Shown: piece by piece, positions 1 to 9,455 of the stretch
Numbering within the stretch: the first letter of the stretch is position 1
Layout: every line of letters starts with the position of its first letter
Assembly: GCA_036339465.1 (NCBI GenBank)
Contig: JAYZAY010000077.1
Span: 1-25,404 of the forward strand
Direction of reading: 5' to 3'
Source: Myxococcota bacterium
Lineage (GTDB): Bacteria > Myxococcota > XYA12-FULL-58-9 > JABJBS01
Length of the DNA: 25,404 nucleotides
Program-made: the position numbers and the translations under genes
Notes under the pieces: model-generated
The model's database searches: none
Seen by the model: only the letters and a program-made list of their open reading frames with translations
What the model was told of the DNA's origin: nothing

Positions 1-114
1 TGCCGTATTTACTGCCGTATTTACTGCCGTATTTACTGCCGTATTTACTGCCGTATTTACTGCCGTATTTACTGCCGTATTTACTGCCGTATTTACTGCC
101 GTATTTGCTGCCGT
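1..114. repeat. 12-bp tandem repeat (TGCCGTATTTAC)n, truncated by the window start
   Basis: Eight perfect copies at 1-96, one copy with one mismatch at 97-108 (TGCCGTATTTGC) and a partial TGCCGT at 109-114. Read directly from the sequence. Confidence 0.98.
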
Positions 115-312
115 GCGCATGGGTGAGCGGGCAGACGGGTGGGCGGCTGGCTGCCTAGGCGGTTACCCGCGAGCCTTTATCGCTGTGTGAACACGTGGCA
201 ATGGGGATGCATAGCCGTGCAAAAAGCTAAACATTCATCCGTCTACCAACCTCCCAACCCAGACGCCCACCTTTTTAAATGTCTATATTTTTACGCATTC
301 ACATTTTTACGC
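115..312. promoter_or_regulatory. Degenerate 4-bp-periodic arrays upstream of parA; candidate centromere (parS-like)/operator region
   Basis: G-rich tetramer run at about 115-165 (ATGG GTGA GCGG GCAG ACGG GTGG GCGG CTGG) and a mirrored C-rich run at about 235-270 (TCAT CCGT CTAC CAAC CTCC CAAC CCAG ACGC CCAC). ATTTTTACGC is repeated at 287 and 303. Function is inferred from position. Confidence 0.35.
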
Positions 313-410
313 TGCCAAAAATTTGCCAATCCACAAAGACCCTGTATTTTCCATGACTAAGTGGGAGCGCGCATGGCAAGTTGCCAAGCCCAAAACCAAG
401 GACGAGCACC

Positions 411-1076
411 ATGATTATCACGTTAGCATCACAGAAGGGCGGCGTCGGGAAAAGTACGGTGGCCATGGCCCTCACCGCAGAACTCTACGACCGTGGCTTT
501 AAGGTTTTACTCGCGGATTGCGATTGGCAATGTACCGCCCTCACTTGGAGAGAGGTGGGCGATGAAAGCCAAGTGGATGGGCCCGCGGTCATACATTTTG
601 GCCAGGGATTCCATCACCCAGATCAAATTCCCACCCAAGCGCAAATTTATGATTTCATCATCTTGGATACGCCGGGCCGTTCCGGAGACATCCAGCGACT
701 CGCCATGGGCCTTTCAGACCTCGTCCTTTTACCATGTGGTCCTACCAGTGCTGATGCTTGGGCCCTTGCCGATACCTTGGCTGAGCTCAATAAAGGTCGC
801 TTAATTAACCCGAATTTAATCGCACGGATTCTGATCTCCAAGGCCGATGGCCGTACCAATCTGGGCAAAACTGCGGGAGACATTTTCTCGAATCTCGACG
901 TGGCTTTGATGGAAAGCCGATTGAGCTATTTAACGGCTTTCCAAGAATTTCCCGCCACTGGCAAAGGACTCGTCGCCTTTACCGGTAAAAGTCACAAAGC
1001 GGCTAAAGAACTGATCAAACTCACCGACGAGATTCTGGATACGCTCCACATTAAAGAAGGAAGGAGGGCAGCGTAA
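411..1076 (+). CDS. parA: ParA/Soj-family Walker-A ATPase, short type Ib/ParF-like form without an N-terminal HTH
   Basis: Deviant Walker A QKGGVGKST, A' box LLADCDWQ and Walker B DFIILDTPG. ATG at 411 follows an AAGGACGAG RBS-like sequence and is preferred to TTG 381. Confidence 0.93.
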   Translation: MIITLASQKGGVGKSTVAMALTAELYDRGFKVLLADCDWQCTALTWREVGDESQVDGPAVIHFGQGFHHPDQIPTQAQIYDFIILDTPGRSGDIQRLAMGLSDLVLLPCGPTSADAWALADTLAELNKGRLINPNLIARILISKADGRTNLGKTAGDIFSNLDVALMESRLSYLTAFQEFPATGKGLVAFTGKSHKAAKELIKLTDEILDTLHIKEGRRAA

Positions 1077-1516
1077 TGGCAACTTCACCGAAAACAACCC
1101 TAAGAGTGCCCCGTGGTAGGGCCGCTGAACTTATGCGAAACCCCGAAGCTCTTAAAGCGGTTGAAAGCTTCGCACAAACCGACGAAACATCTCGGGTTGT
1201 TCCTGTCGAAGTCAAGCCCGGCGTGGCCAAAGGCTCAATTGATTCGATGCCAGAACCACCTCCTGTGAAGAACGTCGAATCCATGGACATCGATATGGAC
1301 CAACTCGGTTTAGGAAAGGAGGAGGATCGCTGGGAGCCATGGACCACAGCCCTAAGGACAGGCACTCACGATTTATTAACCCGACGAGAATTTGAGTTAA
1401 AAATGAAGCGCGTCAAGATCATGCGACGACAAATTGCCGACGCTGCCCTTAATTATGTCATGGAAAATGACAAGCATTGGCAAGCGGTCGTCAAGCAAAT
1501 GATTAAGGGCCAATAA
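1076..1516 (+). CDS. Small ParA partner, putative ribbon-helix-helix centromere-binding protein (ParG-like)
   Basis: TAATG overlap with parA. Arg-containing, flexible, Pro/acidic N-terminal half; C-terminal strand-helix-helix pattern (PWTTALR-TGTHDLLTRREFELKMK-MRRQIADAALNYVM). The fold is inferred. Confidence 0.6.
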   Translation: MATSPKTTLRVPRGRAAELMRNPEALKAVESFAQTDETSRVVPVEVKPGVAKGSIDSMPEPPPVKNVESMDIDMDQLGLGKEEDRWEPWTTALRTGTHDLLTRREFELKMKRVKIMRRQIADAALNYVMENDKHWQAVVKQMIKGQ

Positions 1517-1631
1517 GTCCTCCGGTTTTCGCTCTCCACTGGCCTGAACCACGAAACAGGCCTCTCTACAAAGTTGATTGACTCTGGGGCGACGAGACCC
1601 CACCAAACCTGTTGCCATATTGAGGTCGCCT

Positions 1632-2450
1632 GTGCGAATGCTTTTAGCCATCTCCTACCATCGACTTGCCTGTGGGATCGGGGCCTTATTGATTGGCCTC
1701 GCTTTTTCCCAGACCAGTCTGGCCGCCAATGTGGATCCTGTTGCCAAGGGTCTGAAAATTGCCCAAGAAAATGATATCGCCAATACCGGTTTTACCACCG
1801 ACCAATCCACCATGGAAATGACCCTCGTGAATGCCCATGGTGACGTGGTTTTTCGTAAAATGAAAAGCTGGGTTCTTGAGGGGGCGGCGCAAGGGGATCG
1901 ATCGCTTGTCCAATTTGTAGCGCCCGCAGATGTGAAAGGCACGCGTATGCTGACCCATTCAAAAAAGGTGGGCAGTGACCAACAGTGGCTCTACTTGCCC
2001 GCGATTAAACGGGTTAAACGCATCAGTTCTAGAAATAGGTCGGGATCCTTTATGGGAAGCGAATTTGCGTACGAGGACTTGGGGAGCCAGGAACTCGAAA
2101 AATATCATTATCAATGGCTGGCCGACGAAATCGCAGAGGGGAGGGCGCTTTGGAAACTCCAACGGATCCCCGTGGACAAGAAATCGGGCTATAGCAAACA
2201 AGAAATCTGGATCGATAAAGCCTATCGAGGTGCGATTCGCGTCGATTATTACGACCAAAAAGGAGACCTCCTCAAAACCGCTTCCTTCGACGCCTACAAA
2301 CAATACGGGAAATACTGGCGCCCCAACAAAATACACATGCGAAATCACCAGACGCGGAAGCAATCGGTCCTGGTTTGGAAAGATCGGGTTTTGGGAAAAG
2401 CCCTCGAAGTGGAAATGTTTGAGAGCTCTAGCCTAGAAGACGAGGAATAG
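1632..2450 (+). CDS. LolA-like 'outer membrane lipoprotein-sorting protein' family periplasmic protein
   Basis: Signal peptide (ALLIGLAFSQTSLA) and family motifs FVAPADVKGT, QWLYLPAIKRVKRI, SFMGSEFAYEDL and DYYDQKGDLLK. Start is GTG 1632 or ATG 1638 after GAGGT; the ORF track starts at 1578. Confidence 0.88.
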   Translation: MRMLLAISYHRLACGIGALLIGLAFSQTSLAANVDPVAKGLKIAQENDIANTGFTTDQSTMEMTLVNAHGDVVFRKMKSWVLEGAAQGDRSLVQFVAPADVKGTRMLTHSKKVGSDQQWLYLPAIKRVKRISSRNRSGSFMGSEFAYEDLGSQELEKYHYQWLADEIAEGRALWKLQRIPVDKKSGYSKQEIWIDKAYRGAIRVDYYDQKGDLLKTASFDAYKQYGKYWRPNKIHMRNHQTRKQSVLVWKDRVLGKALEVEMFESSSLEDEE

Positions 2451-2457
2451 CCCACCG

Positions 2458-3747
2458 ATGCGTGCGTGCTTTGTTTTATCTCTGCTCTTCACTCTCTTTT
2501 TGGCCCCATCTACGGCGCTTACGGGGGTGACAAGTCAGGGGGAGTTAGGCGTCTCCGGACGAGCCTTTTTACCCGACCATAACGATGACTCCGAGGACTG
2601 GGGCCTTACTGTCAACAGCCGACTCCGAGCAGACCTCAAATACAAGCCATGTCGGGCCAGAGTTCGGATTTTTGGCAGGGTGGATTCTCAAGACAGCGAA
2701 CGCAGTTTTCTCACCTTAGAAGAAGCCTGGTTCCAAATTGGGAATCGCACCATGACCCTTCGCGCTGGGTTCGACATGGTTAATTGGACGGTCACAGAAG
2801 CGTTTCATCCAGCCGATATTGTCAACAGTCGTAATCTCGACAGTGACCTTCAAAACCACGAAAAATTGGGGGAACCTTCCATTCGATTGAGGTGGCGTTA
2901 CGGTGAAGGCGCATGGGTTGGGTATTTCATGCCTACGTTTATCAAACCGAATTTTCCGTCACCAAGCTCCCGGCTGAACTTCTTCAGTCAGATTGGTGGG
3001 GCGACCTACCAAATCGCAAGGGTCCATGAGAAGGGAACCATCCATTCCGATGACGATGCTTACCCATGGATACCCCAAGGTGCGATTCGCTGGAACCACG
3101 CATTTGAAGACCTCGATCTCAGTTTCCATGTTGTCCATCATCTAGACCGATCCCTAGGGTGGCCGGCCCTCCACGCAAATACTCGGGATCCGCATTTACT
3201 CTTTCATCCCCAAACCCAAATTGGTGGCACCTTGCAATGGGCCTTTGAGGGACTTCTCACCAAAGTAGAGTGGGCCGCAAAGAGAACTTGGTTAAGTGAG
3301 GATAAGAAATATTATCTGCCATTTGGGCACCCGGCTAAGGCCTATGGCCTCCTGGCCCTCGGTTTCGAATACAGTTTGAGTCATGGCAATGGCAGTGAAA
3401 GCACCCTGCTTATGGAAGGGCAAAGTGTCGTGGGTATCTCCCGATCCCAAGCTCGCGAGTTGGAAATTTTCCAGGGAGACGTCCTGCTGGCCTACAGACA
3501 CGCGTTCAACGATGCTTCGAGCCGCGAAATCCGCTTAAGTATGTTGGGAGATGTGGAATATTTCAATGGCCTTATTCTCGGTGCCCACTACCAGGAACGC
3601 CTTTGGGATGATTTCGTTATCAGCGTGGATCTTCAACTCTTTTACGCGGAGAAGTCACCTGAGCACAATGAGCCTGATTTCAAGAGGAGTCTCAGTGGTC
3701 TACGGGATAGCGATTATATTCAGGTGGCCATGACCAGATACTTTTAA
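2458..3747 (+). CDS. Probable outer-membrane beta-barrel protein
   Basis: Signal peptide, amphipathic aromatic-rich strands and a C-terminal BAM-type signal ending in Phe (YIQVAMTRYF). Sits between the LolA-like and MMPL genes. Confidence 0.72.
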   Translation: MRACFVLSLLFTLFLAPSTALTGVTSQGELGVSGRAFLPDHNDDSEDWGLTVNSRLRADLKYKPCRARVRIFGRVDSQDSERSFLTLEEAWFQIGNRTMTLRAGFDMVNWTVTEAFHPADIVNSRNLDSDLQNHEKLGEPSIRLRWRYGEGAWVGYFMPTFIKPNFPSPSSRLNFFSQIGGATYQIARVHEKGTIHSDDDAYPWIPQGAIRWNHAFEDLDLSFHVVHHLDRSLGWPALHANTRDPHLLFHPQTQIGGTLQWAFEGLLTKVEWAAKRTWLSEDKKYYLPFGHPAKAYGLLALGFEYSLSHGNGSESTLLMEGQSVVGISRSQARELEIFQGDVLLAYRHAFNDASSREIRLSMLGDVEYFNGLILGAHYQERLWDDFVISVDLQLFYAEKSPEHNEPDFKRSLSGLRDSDYIQVAMTRYF

Positions 3748-3765
3748 GGACTAGGAACGAATATT

Positions 3766-6159
3766 ATGTATACTGCAGATTCTGTTCAACCACCCTTGGT
3801 GGGCCGCGTCGTTATCAACTATCTTTGCGACCATCCGATCCGGGCCATGATTTTTGCCATTCTATTTTTTCTTTGCCTATTGCCGGGGCGTGAGTTCCTC
3901 AAACCCGACTTCACGCACACGGGATTTTTCTACGATGATGATCCCATGTTGTTAGAATTCGAAAAATTTGAGCGCCAATTTGGGAATGATGATGCCATGA
4001 TCGTTGCGATTCATAGTCCCTCGGGCATCTTTGACCAGGATTCCGTGAACCTCATCCATGACGTGACCGTCGAACTGTGGAAGGTGCCAGAAGTCATACG
4101 CGTGGATTCCCTATCGAACTACAATTGGGTTCATGCCGAAGAGGACGACATTATGGTGGACCCCTTCCTACCCGACGACGAAGAGCCCACCGAGGCATTT
4201 CTGGAAGAGCGCAAGAATATAGCGCTGAATCACGAAGTTTTACCCGACTACCTCATCAGTCGAGATGCGAAAACGGCCATGGCCTTCGCTCGGATTAAAC
4301 CGGGATTCGAGGTCGCTCCGGATGCCGAAGCTATTGTGGAATCTGTTCGTGCCATCGCCAAAAAATATCAGATCGGAGACCACAAACTCTATGTGACAGG
4401 TGGGCCAGCCATTACCTACGGATTCCAAGAAGCGGCCGTTGGTGATTTGGAAACCATCGTGCCCTTGGTTGTATTTATGATTGTCTTTTTCCTAGCCGCC
4501 ACCTTGAGGAGAGTCTCTGGGATCCTGCTTTCCTTTACCGTGGTGATTTTTTCCACGGTCGCTGCATTGTCGCTGATGGGCTGGTTGGGTTTTGAAATGA
4601 CCAACGGCACCGCCATTTTGCCACAGATCTTGTTGGCCATTGGCATCGCGGATGCCGTTCATATTCTGGTGACCTATTATCGTGCCTATGCCGATGGTCT
4701 AAAACGAAAAGATGCCGTGCGTTATAGCCTCAATAAAAATTTCGTGCCCACCTTACTTACCAGTATTTCAACCTCCATTGGTTTTTTCAGTTTGGCGAGT
4801 GCGGATATCAAAAGCTTGGTGGGTCTTGGAACGACCGCAGGTTTTGGGGTTTTACTCGCTTGGTTCTTTACCTATTTCATTTTGGGTCCCCTGATGCTCT
4901 TAATTCCTGTCAAAGCGGCGGTGGTTCCAAGAGACAAACAAAAGTCGCGTTATGAAAGTCACGGTCGAATTGTGGATGTGCTTCATCGCCATCGTTCACC
5001 CATCATCGCCGTTTTCATCCTTTTAACCGGAGCGGCGGGCTTGGTTGCGAGCAAGAATGAGATTTCGTCTGATCCATTCCTCTATTTTCGCGAAGGCTTT
5101 CCCCTTCGGGTGGCCAGTGATTTCATCGACGAGAACGTGGGAGGTGTGCGTCAATTGGAAATCGTGATCCGAAGCGGTGAAGAAGAAGGTGTCAAATATC
5201 CCGACTTCCTGGCCGTGGTCGAAGACTTTCAAAAATGGATCGAGGCTAGCATTCCCGAAGTCACACGCACCATCTCCATTGTGGATATTCTCAAATCCAC
5301 CCATCGCTCCCTTCATGGAGACGACGAGGCCTTTTACAAACTTGCCGATAGTCCCGAAGCCATTGCTCAGGAGCTCTTTCTCTACACCATGAGCCTACCC
5401 CAGGGCATGGACATCAACGACCGCATCACCGTGAAGAATGATGCGATGCGCTTAAGCGTCTTGTGGACGCTCTCCAATTCCGCGCGCATCATGGCGGAGA
5501 TTGCACGTATTGAAGCCAAAGCCATTGAGCTGGGTCTCGATATTACCACCACCGGCAAGGGTAAACTCTATCAAGCCATGAACGGCTATGTGGTGGAATT
5601 ATTTATAAAGTCAATCTCCATTGCACTGTTGCTCATTAGCTTGCTTCTCGCGGTGGTTTTTCGGTCTCTCAAACTCGGACTCATTGCCTTGGCCTCCAAT
5701 TGCATTCCACTGATCATGGGTGGTGCCGTGCTCTATTTTTTGGGACATTCATTGGACGTTGGCACCGTGCTGGTAAGCAGTGTCTGCCTGGGTATCGCGG
5801 TGGATGATACCATTCACATCCTTTCTAATTACAATCGACTTAGGCAGACAGGAATGGCCCCTCAGCAAGCGATGACTGAGGTTTTCAACCATACGGGCCC
5901 GGCTTTGGTGCTGACAACTTTAATTCTCGTGGCAGGTTTCGGGACTTTTGCGCTGGCCACCTTTATTCCCAATCTCTATTTCGGGGTAATGTGCGCCATC
6001 ATCCTCACCGTGGCCCTTTTTACCGATTTCACCTTCTTACCGGCTCTTCTCACCGCCGCGGTGCCCGAGCCCAAGTCCGATTCCGAGCCCGATTCCGAGC
6101 CCGATTCCGAGTTTGAGGGGCAAGAGAGCAAATTGCAGCCCACATCCTTTGGTTCTTAG
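3766..6159 (+). CDS. MMPL/RND-superfamily lipid transporter
   Basis: 797 aa with two repeats of 1 TM + periplasmic domain + 5 TM. Proton-relay motifs AIGIADAVHI and LGIAVDDTIHI. Confidence 0.93.
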   Translation: MYTADSVQPPLVGRVVINYLCDHPIRAMIFAILFFLCLLPGREFLKPDFTHTGFFYDDDPMLLEFEKFERQFGNDDAMIVAIHSPSGIFDQDSVNLIHDVTVELWKVPEVIRVDSLSNYNWVHAEEDDIMVDPFLPDDEEPTEAFLEERKNIALNHEVLPDYLISRDAKTAMAFARIKPGFEVAPDAEAIVESVRAIAKKYQIGDHKLYVTGGPAITYGFQEAAVGDLETIVPLVVFMIVFFLAATLRRVSGILLSFTVVIFSTVAALSLMGWLGFEMTNGTAILPQILLAIGIADAVHILVTYYRAYADGLKRKDAVRYSLNKNFVPTLLTSISTSIGFFSLASADIKSLVGLGTTAGFGVLLAWFFTYFILGPLMLLIPVKAAVVPRDKQKSRYESHGRIVDVLHRHRSPIIAVFILLTGAAGLVASKNEISSDPFLYFREGFPLRVASDFIDENVGGVRQLEIVIRSGEEEGVKYPDFLAVVEDFQKWIEASIPEVTRTISIVDILKSTHRSLHGDDEAFYKLADSPEAIAQELFLYTMSLPQGMDINDRITVKNDAMRLSVLWTLSNSARIMAEIARIEAKAIELGLDITTTGKGKLYQAMNGYVVELFIKSISIALLLISLLLAVVFRSLKLGLIALASNCIPLIMGGAVLYFLGHSLDVGTVLVSSVCLGIAVDDTIHILSNYNRLRQTGMAPQQAMTEVFNHTGPALVLTTLILVAGFGTFALATFIPNLYFGVMCAIILTVALFTDFTFLPALLTAAVPEPKSDSEPDSEPDSEFEGQESKLQPTSFGS
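6077..6111 (+). repeat. In-frame 12-bp tandem repeat (CCGATTCCGAGC) x~3 encoding the SDSEPDSEPDSE tail of the MMPL protein
   Basis: Copies start at 6077, 6089 and 6101 (the last is 11 bp). Confidence 0.9.
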
Positions 6160-6170
6160 GGGCGCTGGTT

Positions 6171-6830
6171 ATGTCTTTAAATCCATGCCGCCTATGCGGG
6201 AACTGGGCCCAATCCTTCGCGGATTATGGAGCGCGGCACTACCAGCGCTGTGAAATTTGCAACTTGATACAACTCAACCAAGATGAATGTCCCGATGCTC
6301 TCGCTGAGAAAGCAGAATACGAACTTCACACCAACCATCCCGGGGATCTGGGCTATCGAAAGTTTTTGAATAAAGTCACCACGCCCGTGCTTCACTGGCT
6401 GAATGGGCGCGAGGTAAACGAAACCAAGCTTCTGGATTTTGGCGCTGGGCCTGGGCCTACGATTTCGGTTATTTTAGGCGAAGCGGGCTGGTCGATGACC
6501 AATTATGACCCATTCTTTTGCCCAGATCAGGCTGCTCTCCAACATCAATACGACCTAATCACCGCCACCGAAGTGGTGGAACATTTTCACCAACCCGGTG
6601 CTTCATGGAGCCATATGCGCGGCTTATTGGCCGAAAAGGGGCAGTTGGTGATCATGACCCAATGTTTTGATGATTATGAGACGCCTGAAAAATTCCAAAA
6701 GTGGGGCTATATTCGAGAAGAGAGTCACGTGGCCTTTTACCACACACAGACCATGGGCTGGATTGCCGAGCACTATGAGCTGAGGCTCTCCATTTTGGCC
6801 CCGAGCGTCTTTTGGTTTGCCCGTGTCTAA
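6171..6830 (+). CDS. Class I SAM-dependent methyltransferase with an N-terminal CxxC...CxxC zinc site
   Basis: CRLC and CEIC pairs; motif I LLDFGAGPGP; YDLITATEVVEHF. Confidence 0.88.
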   Translation: MSLNPCRLCGNWAQSFADYGARHYQRCEICNLIQLNQDECPDALAEKAEYELHTNHPGDLGYRKFLNKVTTPVLHWLNGREVNETKLLDFGAGPGPTISVILGEAGWSMTNYDPFFCPDQAALQHQYDLITATEVVEHFHQPGASWSHMRGLLAEKGQLVIMTQCFDDYETPEKFQKWGYIREESHVAFYHTQTMGWIAEHYELRLSILAPSVFWFARV

Positions 6831-6977
6831 ATTAGGGTGCTTTGGTTTCCTGTCTTGCCGAACTGTTTTAACGGTGACACGTTGTTTCGAGCAACGATCC
6901 TAGTAAAACCCACCAAATCAGTTGATCTTAGGTCAGGGATTGGCGGATAAGGATAAAGAGTAGGGAAGGGGAGAGGC

Positions 6978-8192
6978 TTGAATACCTTTACGATGGCCTG
7001 GAGAAATGTGTGGCGCAATACCCGCCGCTCCATCGCCACCATAGGCGCCATGACCCTCGCTCTTTGGGTGATGCTCCTCCATTCCGGTCTCGTTAAGGGA
7101 TACTACGACCGGCTGGAAAGAGGTGTTGTGGATTTGGAGCTGGGCGATATCCAAATCTTTGCGCCCACCTACCAAGATAATCCGTCTCTCTTTACAACCA
7201 TTCCTAACTCAGAGGAAGTCACCGAGGCCATCGAAAATTCAAACTATCCGGCGAGCCCTCGCCTACTTGGAGGTGGGCTTGGCGCATCTGGAAAATTTAG
7301 TGCGGGTGTTGCCTTGCGTGGTATTGAACTTGAGCGAGACCGGAAAGTGTCGCTCCTTCCCAAAATGGTCGGAGAGGGGCAGTGGTTGAATCAGAAATTT
7401 CCCCTAGGCGTGGTGATTGGCAAGAAACTGGCTCGAACCCTGAATGCAAGGGTGGGGTCTGAACTCGTGGTGCTCACCCAAGCCGCAGATGGTTCCATGG
7501 CCAACGAACTCTTCGATATCCGCGGCATTTTGGAAACCATCTCCGATGCCACCGACCGAAGAGGGGTGATTATGCTCGCTTCTAGCTTTCGGGAATTGAT
7601 GGTTTTCCCAGAGGGCGTCCACCAAATCGTCGTCCGACGGCCTGACGATATCGAGCTCACGGCGGCCACGGCTGCGGTGAGGAAATTGGCTCCCGATATG
7701 GATGTGCAAAGTTGGCGACAAATCCTGCCCACCATCGCCACCATGCTCGATGGGGCGAGGGCGAGCATCTTTATCCTCTATCTGGTTATTTATTTGGCGG
7801 TGGGCATTCTTCTGCTCAATGCCATGCTCATGGCCGTTTTTGAGCGCATTCGAGAATTCGGTGTTCTGAAAGCCATTGGGGCTGGGCCTGCGAAGGTATT
7901 CTCCCTCATCTTTTCCGAGGCGATTATTCAAATGGCCCTATCCACCGCTCTCGGAACTATTTTGGCACTCCCACCTATGTGGTACTTGAGCGAAGTGGGT
8001 ATCAATCTGGGAAATTTGGGTGGTATGTCCATGATGGGTATGTCTGTGGGTTCGGTCTTATACTCAATCTATTCGGTGGAAACAGTGGTACCCGCCTATA
8101 CGGCCCTGACCATCATTGTGCTCCTTTCCGTCCTTTACCCTGCACTCAAGGCTGCGTGGATCAAACCTATCGAATCCATGCGCTATCAATGA
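6978..8192 (+). CDS. ABC transporter permease, LolE/FtsX/MacB-like
   Basis: N-terminal AWRNVWRNTRRS, large periplasmic domain, coupling motif ERIREFGVLKAIG and C-terminal PALKAAWIKPIESMR. TTG start after a purine-rich RBS. Confidence 0.92.
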   Translation: MNTFTMAWRNVWRNTRRSIATIGAMTLALWVMLLHSGLVKGYYDRLERGVVDLELGDIQIFAPTYQDNPSLFTTIPNSEEVTEAIENSNYPASPRLLGGGLGASGKFSAGVALRGIELERDRKVSLLPKMVGEGQWLNQKFPLGVVIGKKLARTLNARVGSELVVLTQAADGSMANELFDIRGILETISDATDRRGVIMLASSFRELMVFPEGVHQIVVRRPDDIELTAATAAVRKLAPDMDVQSWRQILPTIATMLDGARASIFILYLVIYLAVGILLLNAMLMAVFERIREFGVLKAIGAGPAKVFSLIFSEAIIQMALSTALGTILALPPMWYLSEVGINLGNLGGMSMMGMSVGSVLYSIYSVETVVPAYTALTIIVLLSVLYPALKAAWIKPIESMRYQ

Positions 8193-8202
8193 GGAATATT
8201 CA

Positions 8203-9447
8203 ATGAAAGGACAGAATTTAGCAAAGCTCGCATGGCGAAATCTTTGGCGCCAGAAACGGCGCACCTTGCTCACCCTCTTCTCCATTGTCTTTGGCTTTTT
8301 CATTGCCATTCTCACCTACGCTACCCAGGATCGCAGCTACGCTAGCATGATTGATTTGGCCGCCAAAATGGGAGGAGGCCATGTCGCTGTGCAACATCCA
8401 AAATATATGGATGCTCCATCCCTCAAATATACGGTGATGGACCAAGGGCTCAGTGAAAAGATTGAAGCTCAGGAATCGGTCCATAAGGTGACCCACCGTA
8501 TCACCGGACAACTCATGGTCGCTACCGCGCGCCAAAGCATCGGCGGCTTCTTCATCGCCTACGATCCCGCCAAGGAAGACCCCGAGTCACTTTCGTTTCT
8601 AGAGGGCATCAAAGAAGGAGCGTTGTTCAAATTCGCCGACGAGTTGGGTATTATTTTGGGTAAGAAACTGGCCCAAAACCTTGGGGTTAAAATGGGCGGC
8701 AAAGTGGTTTATACCCTCATGGATAAGAATGGGGAGATTGTGACGGGTTTGGGGAGAGTCAGAGGGGTCATTGGGACTGGGGCCCAAGGAATTGATTCTA
8801 GTATCGTGCTTCTTCCCATCGACGCTCTGCGTCCGCTTTTGGGATACGCTCCCAATGAGATGACTCAATTGGCGGTCTACATCAATGATTCACGTCGCAG
8901 TCAAAAAGTAAGCAAAAAGATGGGCCCGCTCCTTGGCCCCCAACAAAAATCCTATACTTGGGCAGAGATTACCCCGGATCTGAAAAGCTTCATTGCCATG
9001 AAAATGGGCAGTAGCCTGGTGATTCAAATCATCATTGCCTTACTCGTCTGCGCTGGCATTTTCAACACGCTCTTTGTAAGCGTTATGGAACGCATGCGCG
9101 AATTTGGGATCCTCTTGGCCATCGGCTTTGAACCCCGACAACTCTTTTCCATGGTCATGTGGGAAAGCCTGTGGCTGGGCTTGGTGGGCTTGGTGGGGGG
9201 ATTTGCGCTTACCGCTTGGCCCTACGGCTATTTGGTCGAGCACGGTATCGACGTATCCGCCCAAATAGGTGAAAAAGCGGTGGACATAGCGGGCATTGGT
9301 TTTTCCCCCATCATCCAGGTGGGTATCTTTCCCGAACATGCAGTGATGATTTCCATTGCCGTGGTGGTGGCCACCCTGATGGCCGGCATCTATCCTGCTT
9401 GGCGCGCGGGTCGCGTCGTCCCTGTGGAAACGATCAGATTGGACTGA
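8203..9447 (+). CDS. ABC transporter permease, LolE/FtsX/MacB-like (second subunit)
   Basis: AWRNLWRQKRRT, ERMREFGILLAIG and PAWRAGRVVPVETIR. ATG 8203 follows GAGGA; the ORF-track start at 8116 overlaps the upstream gene. Confidence 0.92.
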   Translation: MKGQNLAKLAWRNLWRQKRRTLLTLFSIVFGFFIAILTYATQDRSYASMIDLAAKMGGGHVAVQHPKYMDAPSLKYTVMDQGLSEKIEAQESVHKVTHRITGQLMVATARQSIGGFFIAYDPAKEDPESLSFLEGIKEGALFKFADELGIILGKKLAQNLGVKMGGKVVYTLMDKNGEIVTGLGRVRGVIGTGAQGIDSSIVLLPIDALRPLLGYAPNEMTQLAVYINDSRRSQKVSKKMGPLLGPQQKSYTWAEITPDLKSFIAMKMGSSLVIQIIIALLVCAGIFNTLFVSVMERMREFGILLAIGFEPRQLFSMVMWESLWLGLVGLVGGFALTAWPYGYLVEHGIDVSAQIGEKAVDIAGIGFSPIIQVGIFPEHAVMISIAVVVATLMAGIYPAWRAGRVVPVETIRLD

Positions 9448-9455
9448 GGCCAAAA

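Noticed and set aside
1..114. CRISPR array
   Set aside because: The repeats are 12 bp, head-to-tail with no spacers, and no cas genes are present.
196..211. Sigma-54-like promoter TGGCAATGGGGATGCA upstream of parA
   Set aside because: GG/GC spacing is correct, but there are two mismatches to consensus and no supporting evidence; it could be chance.
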